Positions 10,279 through 19,672 of a DNA stretch of 64,000 bases are shown piece after piece; the first letter of the stretch is position 1, and every line of letters begins with the position of its first letter. The notes under the pieces were generated by a model. The model was not told where the DNA came from, did not search any database, and was given only the letters and a program-made list of their open reading frames with translations. Source of the DNA: a virus; the IMG/VR virus record IMGVR_UViG_3300049436_000052, positions 201,433-265,432 of that record; one strand, written 5' to 3'. Made by a program: the position numbers and the translations under genes.

Positions 10279-10408
10279 CGCTAACGTTAAAATGTAAGGT
10301 GTCGTGGCTACCTAATAAAAGCTACATATTTGTAAATTTAGATAAATATTAATATGAAAAACGAAACTTCAAAAACCAAGCAGCCATGCACTTTACATAG
10401 TGTTATAG
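10279..10408 (-). repeat. attC-like recombination site (array 2)
   Basis: CGCTAAC...GTTATAG cores; arms ATGTAAGGTGTCGTGGCT / AGCCATGCACTTTACAT. Confidence 0.8.
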
Positions 10409-10581
10409 CCAGTTATTCAATAGAGCAAAAAGAAGACAAAGCTCTTAGCTGGTGGGGTGTTTTAACAAACAGACAAAAATCAAAATATGCTAAAAAGTAC
10501 TATAATAAGTTAAGTATTGAAATAAAAACCAGCGAAAAAATAGTTATATGGGAAAATAACGCTTGGGGTAATTGGCTATAA
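10354..10581 (+). CDS. Cassette-borne hypothetical protein (starts inside attC-like site)
   Basis: ATG in loop; GTTATAGCCAGTTA pairs with terminal TAATTGGCTATAAC, which holds the stop codon. Confidence 0.75.
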   Translation: MKNETSKTKQPCTLHSVIASYSIEQKEDKALSWWGVLTNRQKSKYAKKYYNKLSIEIKTSEKIVIWENNAWGNWL

Positions 10582-10669
10582 CTATTATATATATTTTTAT
10601 GACAGTAAGTTACTTATTTAAAATAAATTACAACCATAAATTTTAAAGATTTGATTTAAATTTATAAAA
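10576..10669 (-). other. attI-like terminal site of array 2 (no adjacent recombinase)
   Basis: CTATAAC core then TATATATATTTTTATG and a 44-bp block identical to 4724-4767. Confidence 0.65.
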
Positions 10670-11783
10670 TCATTATTTTTTAATCTTTTTTTCTTATTTT
10701 TGTAAAAAATATTTTTAATTTATGGAAATAAGAAAAAAAGCAAATGCCTACAATATAGAATATAAACAACTTTTAAATTCAATAGAACGGTTAAAAGAAG
10801 AAGTTTTTGAACGTTTAAAATTTCTATCAAAGAAATATCCAGAAACAATTCTAATAGATAATATTACTTCAGAAATTATTTTATCAACAACCGATAGAAA
10901 CAGCATTTCGTTAGAAACTCAAATAAATCTAATAAAGATATTTGAAACAATGATTGAAAATATTAATAATAAATATGTTCAAAAGCAAATTAATTTTGAG
11001 ATAAATGATAATAATTAAAATTATTTTGTTGTTGTTTACTATAAGTGAAATTATAGTTCACAATACTCCACTTTACTATAAAAGTAAAAACGAAAAAATA
11101 GTAAGATGTAATTACGAATTTGTTCAGATTAGTTTAACAAAAAACGTCATAGTAGTGTTTAATATCGTTGAAAACATAATTTGTTTATTTGATTATCAAC
11201 GCAACATAAATGGCATATCAGTCTGCATTTGCAACATAACAATTAAAATAAATAACGAATAAAAATGGGAAAGAAAAATAATAAATGTGAAGTGTGTGGT
11301 AAAAAGATAAAGTGGAAAGAAAAACTTTGCCAAGATTGTGAAAAAGATAATAAAATTTCTTTATATTTACTTTATAGATATCTTACAGATGTTGAAAAAG
11401 TTCCATCAGATTATGATTATTAGAGGTTTATTACAAAAAAATATTATTAAGTTATTTTGCATTGAAAAAGCATATCTACGTCCAAATTTTATTATTGGTT
11501 TAATTAGTTTAGATTTAGAAAATTTTCTTTATGATGAAATGTCAATAGAAACTTATTTAGATAATATTATTACAGTAGATAATATCTTTATAAAAATTAT
11601 TAAACAATAAGATGAGAAATATTTTAAATGAAAAACTGTGCGATGTATTTGAAATAAGACATCAAAATTATAGATACCCTCAATTTATCACAATTCCACC
11701 ACATAAAATAGAATTGGTGTTTTTCTTTTTCCAAATGATGAATGATTTTCGTGAAGTTCCTTTTTTGATTGAAATTTAACAAG

Positions 11784-11825
11784 AAAACATCTCATCATTA
11801 AATTAATAGTGATGAGATGTTTTTT
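11784..11825. terminator. Bidirectional terminator between convergent genes
   Basis: AAAACATCTCATCA...TGATGAGATGTTTTT. Confidence 0.8.
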
Positions 11826-11845
11826 AGATGATCAATCTGAAAAAA

Positions 11846-12172
11846 TTATTTTACAAATTTCTTAGATTTAAATAATATTTCTTCTTTTTTTATACCTCTC
11901 CACTTAAAAGATATTAACACAATTCCAATAAAACCTGGAATTCCAACAACAAACGGATTGAAAGAAAAAATAGCAAATAGGATCATTAATGTCATTGATC
12001 CAATAATTCCAACATTCATTTTCATATTATAAAATTTAATTGATTTATAAAAACTTTTTAAAACTTTAATTATTTCTGTTTTGTAATGACAGGCACTACA
12101 GGAATAGTAATGAGTTCCATCGTCATTATGTTTCTTTTTAAAAGTATTCGCTTTACATCTAGGACATTCCAT
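11846..12172 (-). CDS. Zinc-ribbon protein with two C-terminal TM segments
   Basis: CPRC...CSAC, then hydrophobic helices. Confidence 0.7.
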   Translation of the reverse strand: MECPRCKANTFKKKHNDDGTHYYSCSACHYKTEIIKVLKSFYKSIKFYNMKMNVGIIGSMTLMILFAIFSFNPFVVGIPGFIGIVLISFKWRGIKKEEILFKSKKFVK

Positions 12173-12644
12173 GATTTTATTTTTAATGAAAATTATTTAA
12201 AATTCTTTTAAAATAAATAGTTTTTTTTCCTGAACAAAATTAAAAATATTTTTCGAAAAAACACCAATTTTTTCAAATTTTTTATTATTTATATAAAATC
12301 GATAAGATGAAAATTTTAAATCTCTTGCTTATCAAAATAAAAAGTTATTGTAAGAAACTTTTCGTTAAGTTTACAATAAAATCGGTAATTTCTTCTCAAA
12401 ATCTTTTAAATTTAAAAAAAATCAAGGTCGGATTCAACGATAATGAAATCTTCATTAGTTTATTTATTTCAAATAAAATTCACGAAATTTTTGAGAATAA
12501 TGTGGTTATTTCAAAAATAGATTTTAAAAATCTTCTGAAGAAACTTAATGATGTAAAAAACATTACTAATGTTATTATCGATCCACCTATTAAAATTAAT
12601 GACAATCCTATTATAAAAATAATAAGAATAGTTTTAAAATATGA

Positions 12645-12902
12645 ATGATTATGAAAAAGGGAATATGTGAAAAATGTGGTAAAGAACATTGGTTACAAGA
12701 ACATCATGTACCACCAAAAGGTTCAAAGATACCAAATCAAATAACATATTCGCTCTGTCCTAATTGCCATGTTGATTTTCATCAATATCTTGGAATGAAA
12801 AACATAAAAAATGATTCCATCAAATATCATCATCTTATGTTTTATAGATGGTTACTAGGTTTGGGTGTTGCAACAATCATTCTTTATTTAACTGCTTTTT
12901 AA
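12645..12902 (+). CDS. Small HNH-like protein with C-terminal hydrophobic tail
   Basis: CEKC...EHH...LCPNCHVDFH pattern. Confidence 0.65.
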   Translation: MIMKKGICEKCGKEHWLQEHHVPPKGSKIPNQITYSLCPNCHVDFHQYLGMKNIKNDSIKYHHLMFYRWLLGLGVATIILYLTAF

Positions 12903-13277
12903 GAAGATTTTATTAATTTGATTTAAAACAACTTCTGGTTTAATTGGTTTCTTTAAGTAACCATCAAATTTTAAATCATCTAAATCAATATCTTCAGTAT
13001 CATACGCTGTTGAAATGAAAACAGGTGTGTTGATATTATTTGTTTGCATATATCTAATTAAATCAATTCCTGTGAGATCATCATCCGATAAATAAACATC
13101 CATTATAATCACATCAAATTTATGTTCTTTAATTAATTCAAAGAATTGTTTTACGTTTTCTGCCTGAAAATGTTTAATTTTGGTTGGTTCTAAAATTAGT
13201 TTTAATAGTAGTTGATTTAATTTAACATCATCAACAACTAATATCGATTTATCCTGCCAGTTAAAAGTTGGTTTCAT
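12888..13277 (-). CDS. Stand-alone response-regulator receiver (CheY-like)
   Basis: ILVVDD, DVIIMD, STAY, KKP motifs. Confidence 0.9.
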   Translation of the reverse strand: MKPTFNWQDKSILVVDDVKLNQLLLKLILEPTKIKHFQAENVKQFFELIKEHKFDVIIMDVYLSDDDLTGIDLIRYMQTNNINTPVFISTAYDTEDIDLDDLKFDGYLKKPIKPEVVLNQINKIFLKSS

Positions 13278-13309
13278 TAGTAGTTTATAGATAAATAATC
13301 AGAAATTTA

Positions 13310-14746
13310 TTATTCGTCTATTTTTGTGGTTAAAATTGTGGCAGAAATTTCTGGCCTAGTGAAAGCAACGTATTTTATTTGATTACGTTCTTTAATTAAC
13401 CAATTTTGATTTATGTCGGTTTCTAAGATCATTGCAAATTTATACGTACTCCCTTGACTCTTGTGAATTGTTAAAGCATAACCATAATCAATATCTTTTC
13501 CAATACATTCAAATTTATTCCTAGCAGTTCCATTTCTATATTTATCAATATCAGTCATTAGAAAATTCTCTCTTCTAAATTCGTAATATTTTGACCAAAG
13601 CCTCTTATCTAATTTTGCTTTATATTTTAAAACATCATGCATTTCTGCATAATTATGCAAATTATTTTCATCTTCCGAATTTATAATAAAAATATTTTGA
13701 TAATTGAATTCGTCTTTTTTAATTTTTTCTTCAAGTTTTATTCTATATCCCCAAATACCATGTACATTTTTTTCAATTTTACTTTTCTTAACTATTTTAT
13801 AATCTGCTGAATTTTCGACAATATTATATCTTTGTTTTGCATCAGACACACTTCGATAACCCATTAACAAATCATTGACTTCAACAATGTCTTTGGCATC
13901 TTTCAGTAATTCATTTCGAATTATTTTATTAGATTCCATCACAGTATCGTTTTTCCATGCCAATAATTTCACATAATCAATATCTTTTTTATATTCATCT
14001 GAAAGAAATTTTTCAAAAATCATTTTTCTAAATTCCTTTTTATTTAAAGTAAAAATTACGCCTTCTTTATTCTCATTTAATGAAGTTTTTCTAACAAACC
14101 CACCATCAATAGTATTTAAATTATTTCTCAAATCATTAGCAACCAATAACAATGGATTTCCGATACATTGTCTTTCGATTTTTGTTAGCCAAATTGATTC
14201 AAAATCTGTTTGGTGAAATACCATAGATATTTTCTCACCAACTGGTGGAATTTGTGCAGGATCGCCAATAAATAAAACTTTTGTTGAAGAATTTATAACT
14301 TTATCTAAAATAAGATTGTATAGATCCTCATTAATCATTGATGCTTCGTCAATGATTACAAAATTATGATCGGTTATTCTAGGAATGGCAATGGGATTGA
14401 AAATCGGATCATTCGGATTAAACGACTCAACGGATATATCAGCCCTTAGACCTAATAATGAGTGCAGGGTTTCAGCCCCTCTTCCTGTTATATTTCCAAT
14501 AACACGTTTTGCCTTATGTGTTGGTGCAGACACTACAACACCTCCACAATACCAATCAAGTATTTTCTTTACAACACTGGTTTTGCCAGTACCACTATAA
14601 CCAGCTAAAACAAAAAAACTTTCTTTTTCATTTTTACGTAAAATCCAATCTTTAATTTTTTTTACTGCCTCAAACTGTTCAGCGTTAAAGGTAATTATCT
14701 TACCATTTGGCAGTTTTAATTGATTCTCTAAAATCTTGTTTCCCAT
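13310..14746 (-). CDS. dda: SF1B DNA helicase, Dda/RecD-like
   Basis: GYSGTGKT, APTHKA, DEASM, GDPAQIPPV, YALTIHKSQGST, YVAFTR. Confidence 0.85.
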   Translation of the reverse strand: MGNKILENQLKLPNGKIITFNAEQFEAVKKIKDWILRKNEKESFFVLAGYSGTGKTSVVKKILDWYCGGVVVSAPTHKAKRVIGNITGRGAETLHSLLGLRADISVESFNPNDPIFNPIAIPRITDHNFVIIDEASMINEDLYNLILDKVINSSTKVLFIGDPAQIPPVGEKISMVFHQTDFESIWLTKIERQCIGNPLLLVANDLRNNLNTIDGGFVRKTSLNENKEGVIFTLNKKEFRKMIFEKFLSDEYKKDIDYVKLLAWKNDTVMESNKIIRNELLKDAKDIVEVNDLLMGYRSVSDAKQRYNIVENSADYKIVKKSKIEKNVHGIWGYRIKLEEKIKKDEFNYQNIFIINSEDENNLHNYAEMHDVLKYKAKLDKRLWSKYYEFRRENFLMTDIDKYRNGTARNKFECIGKDIDYGYALTIHKSQGSTYKFAMILETDINQNWLIKERNQIKYVAFTRPEISATILTTKIDE

Positions 14747-16100
14747 AATGCAAAAATAACAAAAAAAATTCTGATCAACAACTTGTCAGAATTTTTTTCT
14801 TTAAAACAATCACAATTTACCGAATATATAATGTCTTTTTTTTCACCAATCCTAGAAATCTACCAACTTTTTGAATAAGTTTTCCATTGATATATGTTTC
14901 TAAATATTTAACATCATTTAATTCACTTAAACAATATTGATTGTTTTTAGAATCCGTAACAATGTCTGTTTTGAGATTTAATGATCCAATTTTAACATTA
15001 TTTGTTTTTGGATTTCTAAATGTGATTTTTTGATTCATAGCTATTTTTATTTAAGTTAATATTTTAAGTTCTTTTAGTTCCATAAACTATTTGTTCCAAT
15101 TTTTAGCAAGTTTTTTTCTATCATCTTTTGAAACAACAAGATTTCCATCACCATCATCTTTAACTGACAGTGCAAACATTAGTGCGTTTGCAATACCCTT
15201 TTGCGATTCTTCAAGTCTTTCTCTTGAATCTTTAATCATTTCATTTCTAAGATTTTCAAATCGTTCTTTATAGTGTTTAGCTTCCGCTTTCCAGAAATCT
15301 ATTTCATCACAAAGTTCAGCAAGTTTAAGATCAATTGTTTTCATATAAATTATTTTATTTCTTCGTTTCTAAATTCTAAAATTTCATTTAACATTTTTAC
15401 AAATTCTTTACGTATTGACAAATTTCCCTGAATCATATAGATTCTTACTTTATTTTGAACAGGATTTCTCATCAAAACTTCAAGTTCATCACCATAGTCT
15501 TTTATCTCTTGTTCTGTGTCTTTTATATCCTGAAGAATTTCTTTTGTTTGAATGTGATTAAATTGTTCCATTTTTTATTTTATTATGTTAATTCTTTTTC
15601 AAGGAGTTTCGCTTCTGCGTTTGATAAATTCTTCTAATTTTTCATAAAAATTTTCATGATAATGATTATAAATATATTCCACACATTCATAGTCCATATC
15701 ATAATCTTCTGCTGTTTGGGCAATAAAGGGATTTTTATGATTAAATTGTTCCATATATTATTTCTTTAAAACAACATTAATAATAGGATTATTAAAGATC
15801 AACGAACAGATATAAAATGTTTCTTGATCTTTACATATAATTTCAATTAACAGATTATCAATTTTTTTTAACCTTAACCTTTAATTGATAATCTTTTATT
15901 TTTTGTTTTATTATTTTAGTATTCATTATTATGCACTATTCTTGTAACTAGATCATTAATTTGAGCATAATCAAGATATAGTTCTTTAAATGTTTCATCA
16001 ATCAATTCTTCAAAAAACTCTGAATACCATAAATTATTTAAAAGTTCTTCTTCAAGATTTTTAATCTTCTTGTTTTTCTCAAAAAAGTTTTCATTTATTA

Positions 16101-16625
16101 TCATTCCAAAGATTTTAAATGTTCTTCATCTTGTGGAGTTCCAGCGAAATTTAAGAACCTAAACCATGCAATTATTTGATCATCAGTTATTCTAATATCC
16201 CAAGGTTCATTTACTAAATAATAATGAAAATCATAACATTCTATTGCAGTTTTATAATCATCTGGTAATTGAGAAAAAAGATATTCTTTATCTTCCAATA
16301 TTATTGTAAATTTATCGTCTATGAAATCGAATAGACTTGATAATCTTTGTTTACCATCTATTATCAAATAACGATCTTTATATTCATTTTCTTTGTTAAT
16401 ACTATTGATAATAGCACAATGAGGGATATGTCTGCCAATTAAAACAGAATTTATTAATTCTCGTTTTTGTTGTAGTGTCCAAACAAAATCCCGTTGAAGA
16501 TTCTTTCCTTTTGATGGTAAATATACATTCCAATTAATATCATATCTTTTAAAATATTTAGTTCTTGAAGATAATGGTGATGGATGTAAATCTAATTGAC
16601 TTCTTAATTCCCTAATTGTTTTCAT
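16101..16625 (-). CDS. DUF262 (GmrS/ParB-like) domain protein
   Basis: QRDFVW and IIDGKQRL motifs, F..LN near C-terminus. Confidence 0.85.
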   Translation of the reverse strand: MKTIRELRSQLDLHPSPLSSRTKYFKRYDINWNVYLPSKGKNLQRDFVWTLQQKRELINSVLIGRHIPHCAIINSINKENEYKDRYLIIDGKQRLSSLFDFIDDKFTIILEDKEYLFSQLPDDYKTAIECYDFHYYLVNEPWDIRITDDQIIAWFRFLNFAGTPQDEEHLKSLE

Positions 16626-16641
16626 AATTATATTTTTTTCA

Positions 16642-17250
16642 TTACTGGTTAAGTTTTTCTGGGTTTCTTAAATAGTTTAACCAATCCTCAATACCGTTAA
16701 TTGCATTAATTGTTCTATCATTTACACCATAACAAATTTTATTGAACAAATCTATTGATAAAATATATCCACAATCTCTCAAATCTTCGTAATGTGGTTT
16801 GAAGTCCATTTCTTTAAATTTTGTTTCAGTTAATCCCTTTAATTCATATTTACGATATTTAGGATAATTGTACTTATATTCTAACGCCCTTATATGAAAT
16901 TTATTTCCATCAAGTATATAGATATATTTATGTGATTGTCTTTCTTCTATTAATATCTTAATTTTTTCGTGTTTTACTATCCATAAATAACCATCTGGAT
17001 GCATTTCACCAAAAGCAGTATTTTTCGAAAAACTGGTTCGTTCTGTTAAAACATTATACGCCTCTTCAAAAACCGATATATTTTTATTCATTCTTAGAAA
17101 AACATGATTTTCAACAAACCAATTTAAATACATATCGCCAATTCTATTTATTGGAATATATTTATTTGGATTTTTGTAAAAATCTTCATATTCTTTTTCT
17201 TTTTTCTCTTCATGAGATGGAAATTTTTTAAAATATTCTTCTCTTGTCAT
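16642..17250 (-). CDS. Hypothetical protein
   Basis: 202 aa ORF downstream of GAAAC-N16-CGTATAA at 17290-17317. Confidence 0.7.
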   Translation of the reverse strand: MTREEYFKKFPSHEEKKEKEYEDFYKNPNKYIPINRIGDMYLNWFVENHVFLRMNKNISVFEEAYNVLTERTSFSKNTAFGEMHPDGYLWIVKHEKIKILIEERQSHKYIYILDGNKFHIRALEYKYNYPKYRKYELKGLTETKFKEMDFKPHYEDLRDCGYILSIDLFNKICYGVNDRTINAINGIEDWLNYLRNPEKLNQ

Positions 17251-18056
17251 TTTCTTTTATATCTTTTTAATTGCATCTAATATATATTATTATACGAAAA
17301 AAAGAATAATTTGTTTCTAATTTAATGGATTTTATGATCTAATTTAACATTAATTAACTAAAAACATTATTTCATTGTTTAGAAGCTTTGTTTCCACTTC
17401 CATTTCAATATAGAGTAGATCATCAAGATTGTTTGAAAGTTCTAAAGAAATTGATGAATAATGTGGATTCATCAATAAATCATTCTCATTGTGTAATGAT
17501 TTTCTAAGCATTTCAGAGAGTTTATGTTTAAAATAAATATTCATTTTTTGGATTCAACAAATTTAACAACATTATTAACATAATTATTTGATGTTCCATT
17601 GATCACTAAACGCCCTGGCTAATTTTGCTGAAGAACAATACATATTAACTCGTTCAAAATAATATTGTTCAGCATCACTAAAATGGCTTCGATCTGTTTT
17701 CATATCTTTTAGCCTTTCCTTTTTATATTTTTCCCAAGATATAGTTCTCCATCTATTGCCAGTTCTAGCCAATATTTTTACAATATTTAGTGCAATAGTT
17801 TCAGATTCACCATTTTGTGAAATACTATTGTAGGGGCGTGTTGATATAAGATTGCTTGGTTTTAGTGTATCTGTCGTTTGTGTTATGATTTCACATAAAT
17901 TTCTTAACATTTTTTCCATCTTTTAATTAATTTTGGTTATTATTTTCATCATTTTCTTCTAATTGTTTTTCTTCATCATCAAATTCGGCATTGATTCTAT
18001 CGTGGAATTCGAAAGATAAGAATTTATTTGGTTTGTTGTCCTTTTCTGAATTGTTT

Positions 18057-18839
18057 TTATTTTCCATTTTTTATCAAGCTTCTATAAAATTTAGCACCGT
18101 TTACAAAATCTCTTCTAATATTTGCTAGATCAATCCTAGTTAATTTATCATCAGATTCAAGTTGTTTATAAGCATAAGTATCACCAGCACTTTCAATAAT
18201 ATGATCTTCTTCTATAGGACTTTCATCTGGATTAAAAGGAATTGTTTTAACAATTTTATTGTCCCCTTCTTTAGACTCAAAAATACATTCATCAGTAGTT
18301 GCACAATTAGATCCATTTGGATGCATGCATTCACCATGTTGATGTTTGTTTATCTTAACGTTGTGTTTACATTCAATAGAATTACAAATTGGATAAAAGG
18401 GATAAACACAAACCATTCTATTTCCAATTATTACAAAATCTACCTTTTTATTAATAAGATGTAAAAGATCTTCACTAACATTATCTATTAGTGGAAGATT
18501 TAAGTTAGTATCGGTTGTTGCTATTATTTTAAAATCAAATTCTGTGATATCACCAATTCTAGCAATAAAATTATATTTTGAATTCCAAAACCAATCTCCG
18601 TTAAAACCTTCTTTAACTGTGAATGTGTTTTCTTTTATTTTTTCTTCATCATCAACAACATACAATTGATATTTTTCACAAAATCCTTGTTCTTGACTAA
18701 CGTTTGGATTTTTATTAATGAAAAATTTATCAACATTATTTTCTCCTAGAGAAATGTTTAATGGAGAGTTTTTTATAACTTTAACTATGTTACTAACGTT
18801 TATTTTTGAATCATCTTTTATTGCTATGAGTTTTTTCAT
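18057..18839 (-). CDS. Phage hypothetical protein (KIIATT family), paralog of 29055..29834
   Basis: Shared MKKLIA start, LYV, K(I/V)IATT, F.xG..F motifs. Confidence 0.7.
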   Translation of the reverse strand: MKKLIAIKDDSKINVSNIVKVIKNSPLNISLGENNVDKFFINKNPNVSQEQGFCEKYQLYVVDDEEKIKENTFTVKEGFNGDWFWNSKYNFIARIGDITEFDFKIIATTDTNLNLPLIDNVSEDLLHLINKKVDFVIIGNRMVCVYPFYPICNSIECKHNVKINKHQHGECMHPNGSNCATTDECIFESKEGDNKIVKTIPFNPDESPIEEDHIIESAGDTYAYKQLESDDKLTRIDLANIRRDFVNGAKFYRSLIKNGK

Positions 18840-18905
18840 TTTTAAATAAATTAAATGATTAGTAAAGAACCATATAGGTATAGATTTATGTATTTATTTG
18901 GTTAT

Positions 18906-18985
18906 TGTCAAAGAGAAGGACTCGAACCTTCAATCTTAGCCATGTTAAATGGTTGGCTACGCTCTACCATTGAGCTATCTTTTGA
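18906..18985 (-). tRNA. tRNA-like element with enlarged anticodon loop (pseudo-tRNA or mimic)
   Basis: D-arm GCTC-AATGGTA-GAGC, T-arm GAAGG-TTCGAGT-CCTTC, anticodon stem TAGCC/GGCTA with 13-nt loop, bulged acceptor stem. Confidence 0.75.
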
Positions 18986-19018
18986 TAATTGCTGGAGATA
19001 AAATCCTCCAGCAATGTT

Positions 19019-19414
19019 TTACTTTAATTGCTTAAGATATTCATCAAATTCCTTTTCTGACATATTAGCAATTCTTTCTTCCTCATTTGCATTAGTTACT
19101 TTAGCTCTGATTGCTAAAGCACGTTCTGTTTTCTTTTTAAGATCTGCGGCATTAGCAGCAGTTTCTTCTTCATCCAATTTAGTATTTAGTATGTCCAATG
19201 CAATATCAAACATAAGTTTTAAGGTTTTGTCCTTCTTAGTTTTTACACGAAGATAGGATTTACCCTTACTTTGTTCATATTGTTCTTCCAATGACACTAC
19301 TACTGTGTTTAATTCTGTTTTATCCAAATCACACAATTGTTCGATAGATAGATTTCCTTTAGTTGTTGGAAATCTCAATTTTAACATAATTCCTTCTTTG
19401 TACATATTATTCAA
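19019..19414 (-). CDS. Conserved phage coiled-coil protein (LRFPTTKGNLSIEQL family)
   Basis: Recognisable motif; typical neighbour of the 701-aa protein type. Confidence 0.7.
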   Translation of the reverse strand: MNNMYKEGIMLKLRFPTTKGNLSIEQLCDLDKTELNTVVVSLEEQYEQSKGKSYLRVKTKKDKTLKLMFDIALDILNTKLDEEETAANAADLKKKTERALAIRAKVTNANEEERIANMSEKEFDEYLKQLK

Positions 19415-19672
19415 TTTTTATTTGTTAATATTTAAAACTTTTTACAATAATAAACTAAATGCACTACCTATTGTATATAATATTAATAATATTACACACA
19501 TTACTATTAATATGAAAAGATTTACAAATCCCCTTATAATAATATCTCCCGATGAAGTCGGATTTATTATATTATTAGACCATAAATTAGGTATTATTCC
19601 TAATAAATATAGAAGGATGCTTATTATGACTATTCCAATTAAAGTATTTATCATGTTTTTATTTGTTAATAA

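Noticed and set aside
16101-16625. Complete GmrSD restriction system
   Set aside because: Only the DUF262 domain is present; no DUF1524/HNH partner adjacent.
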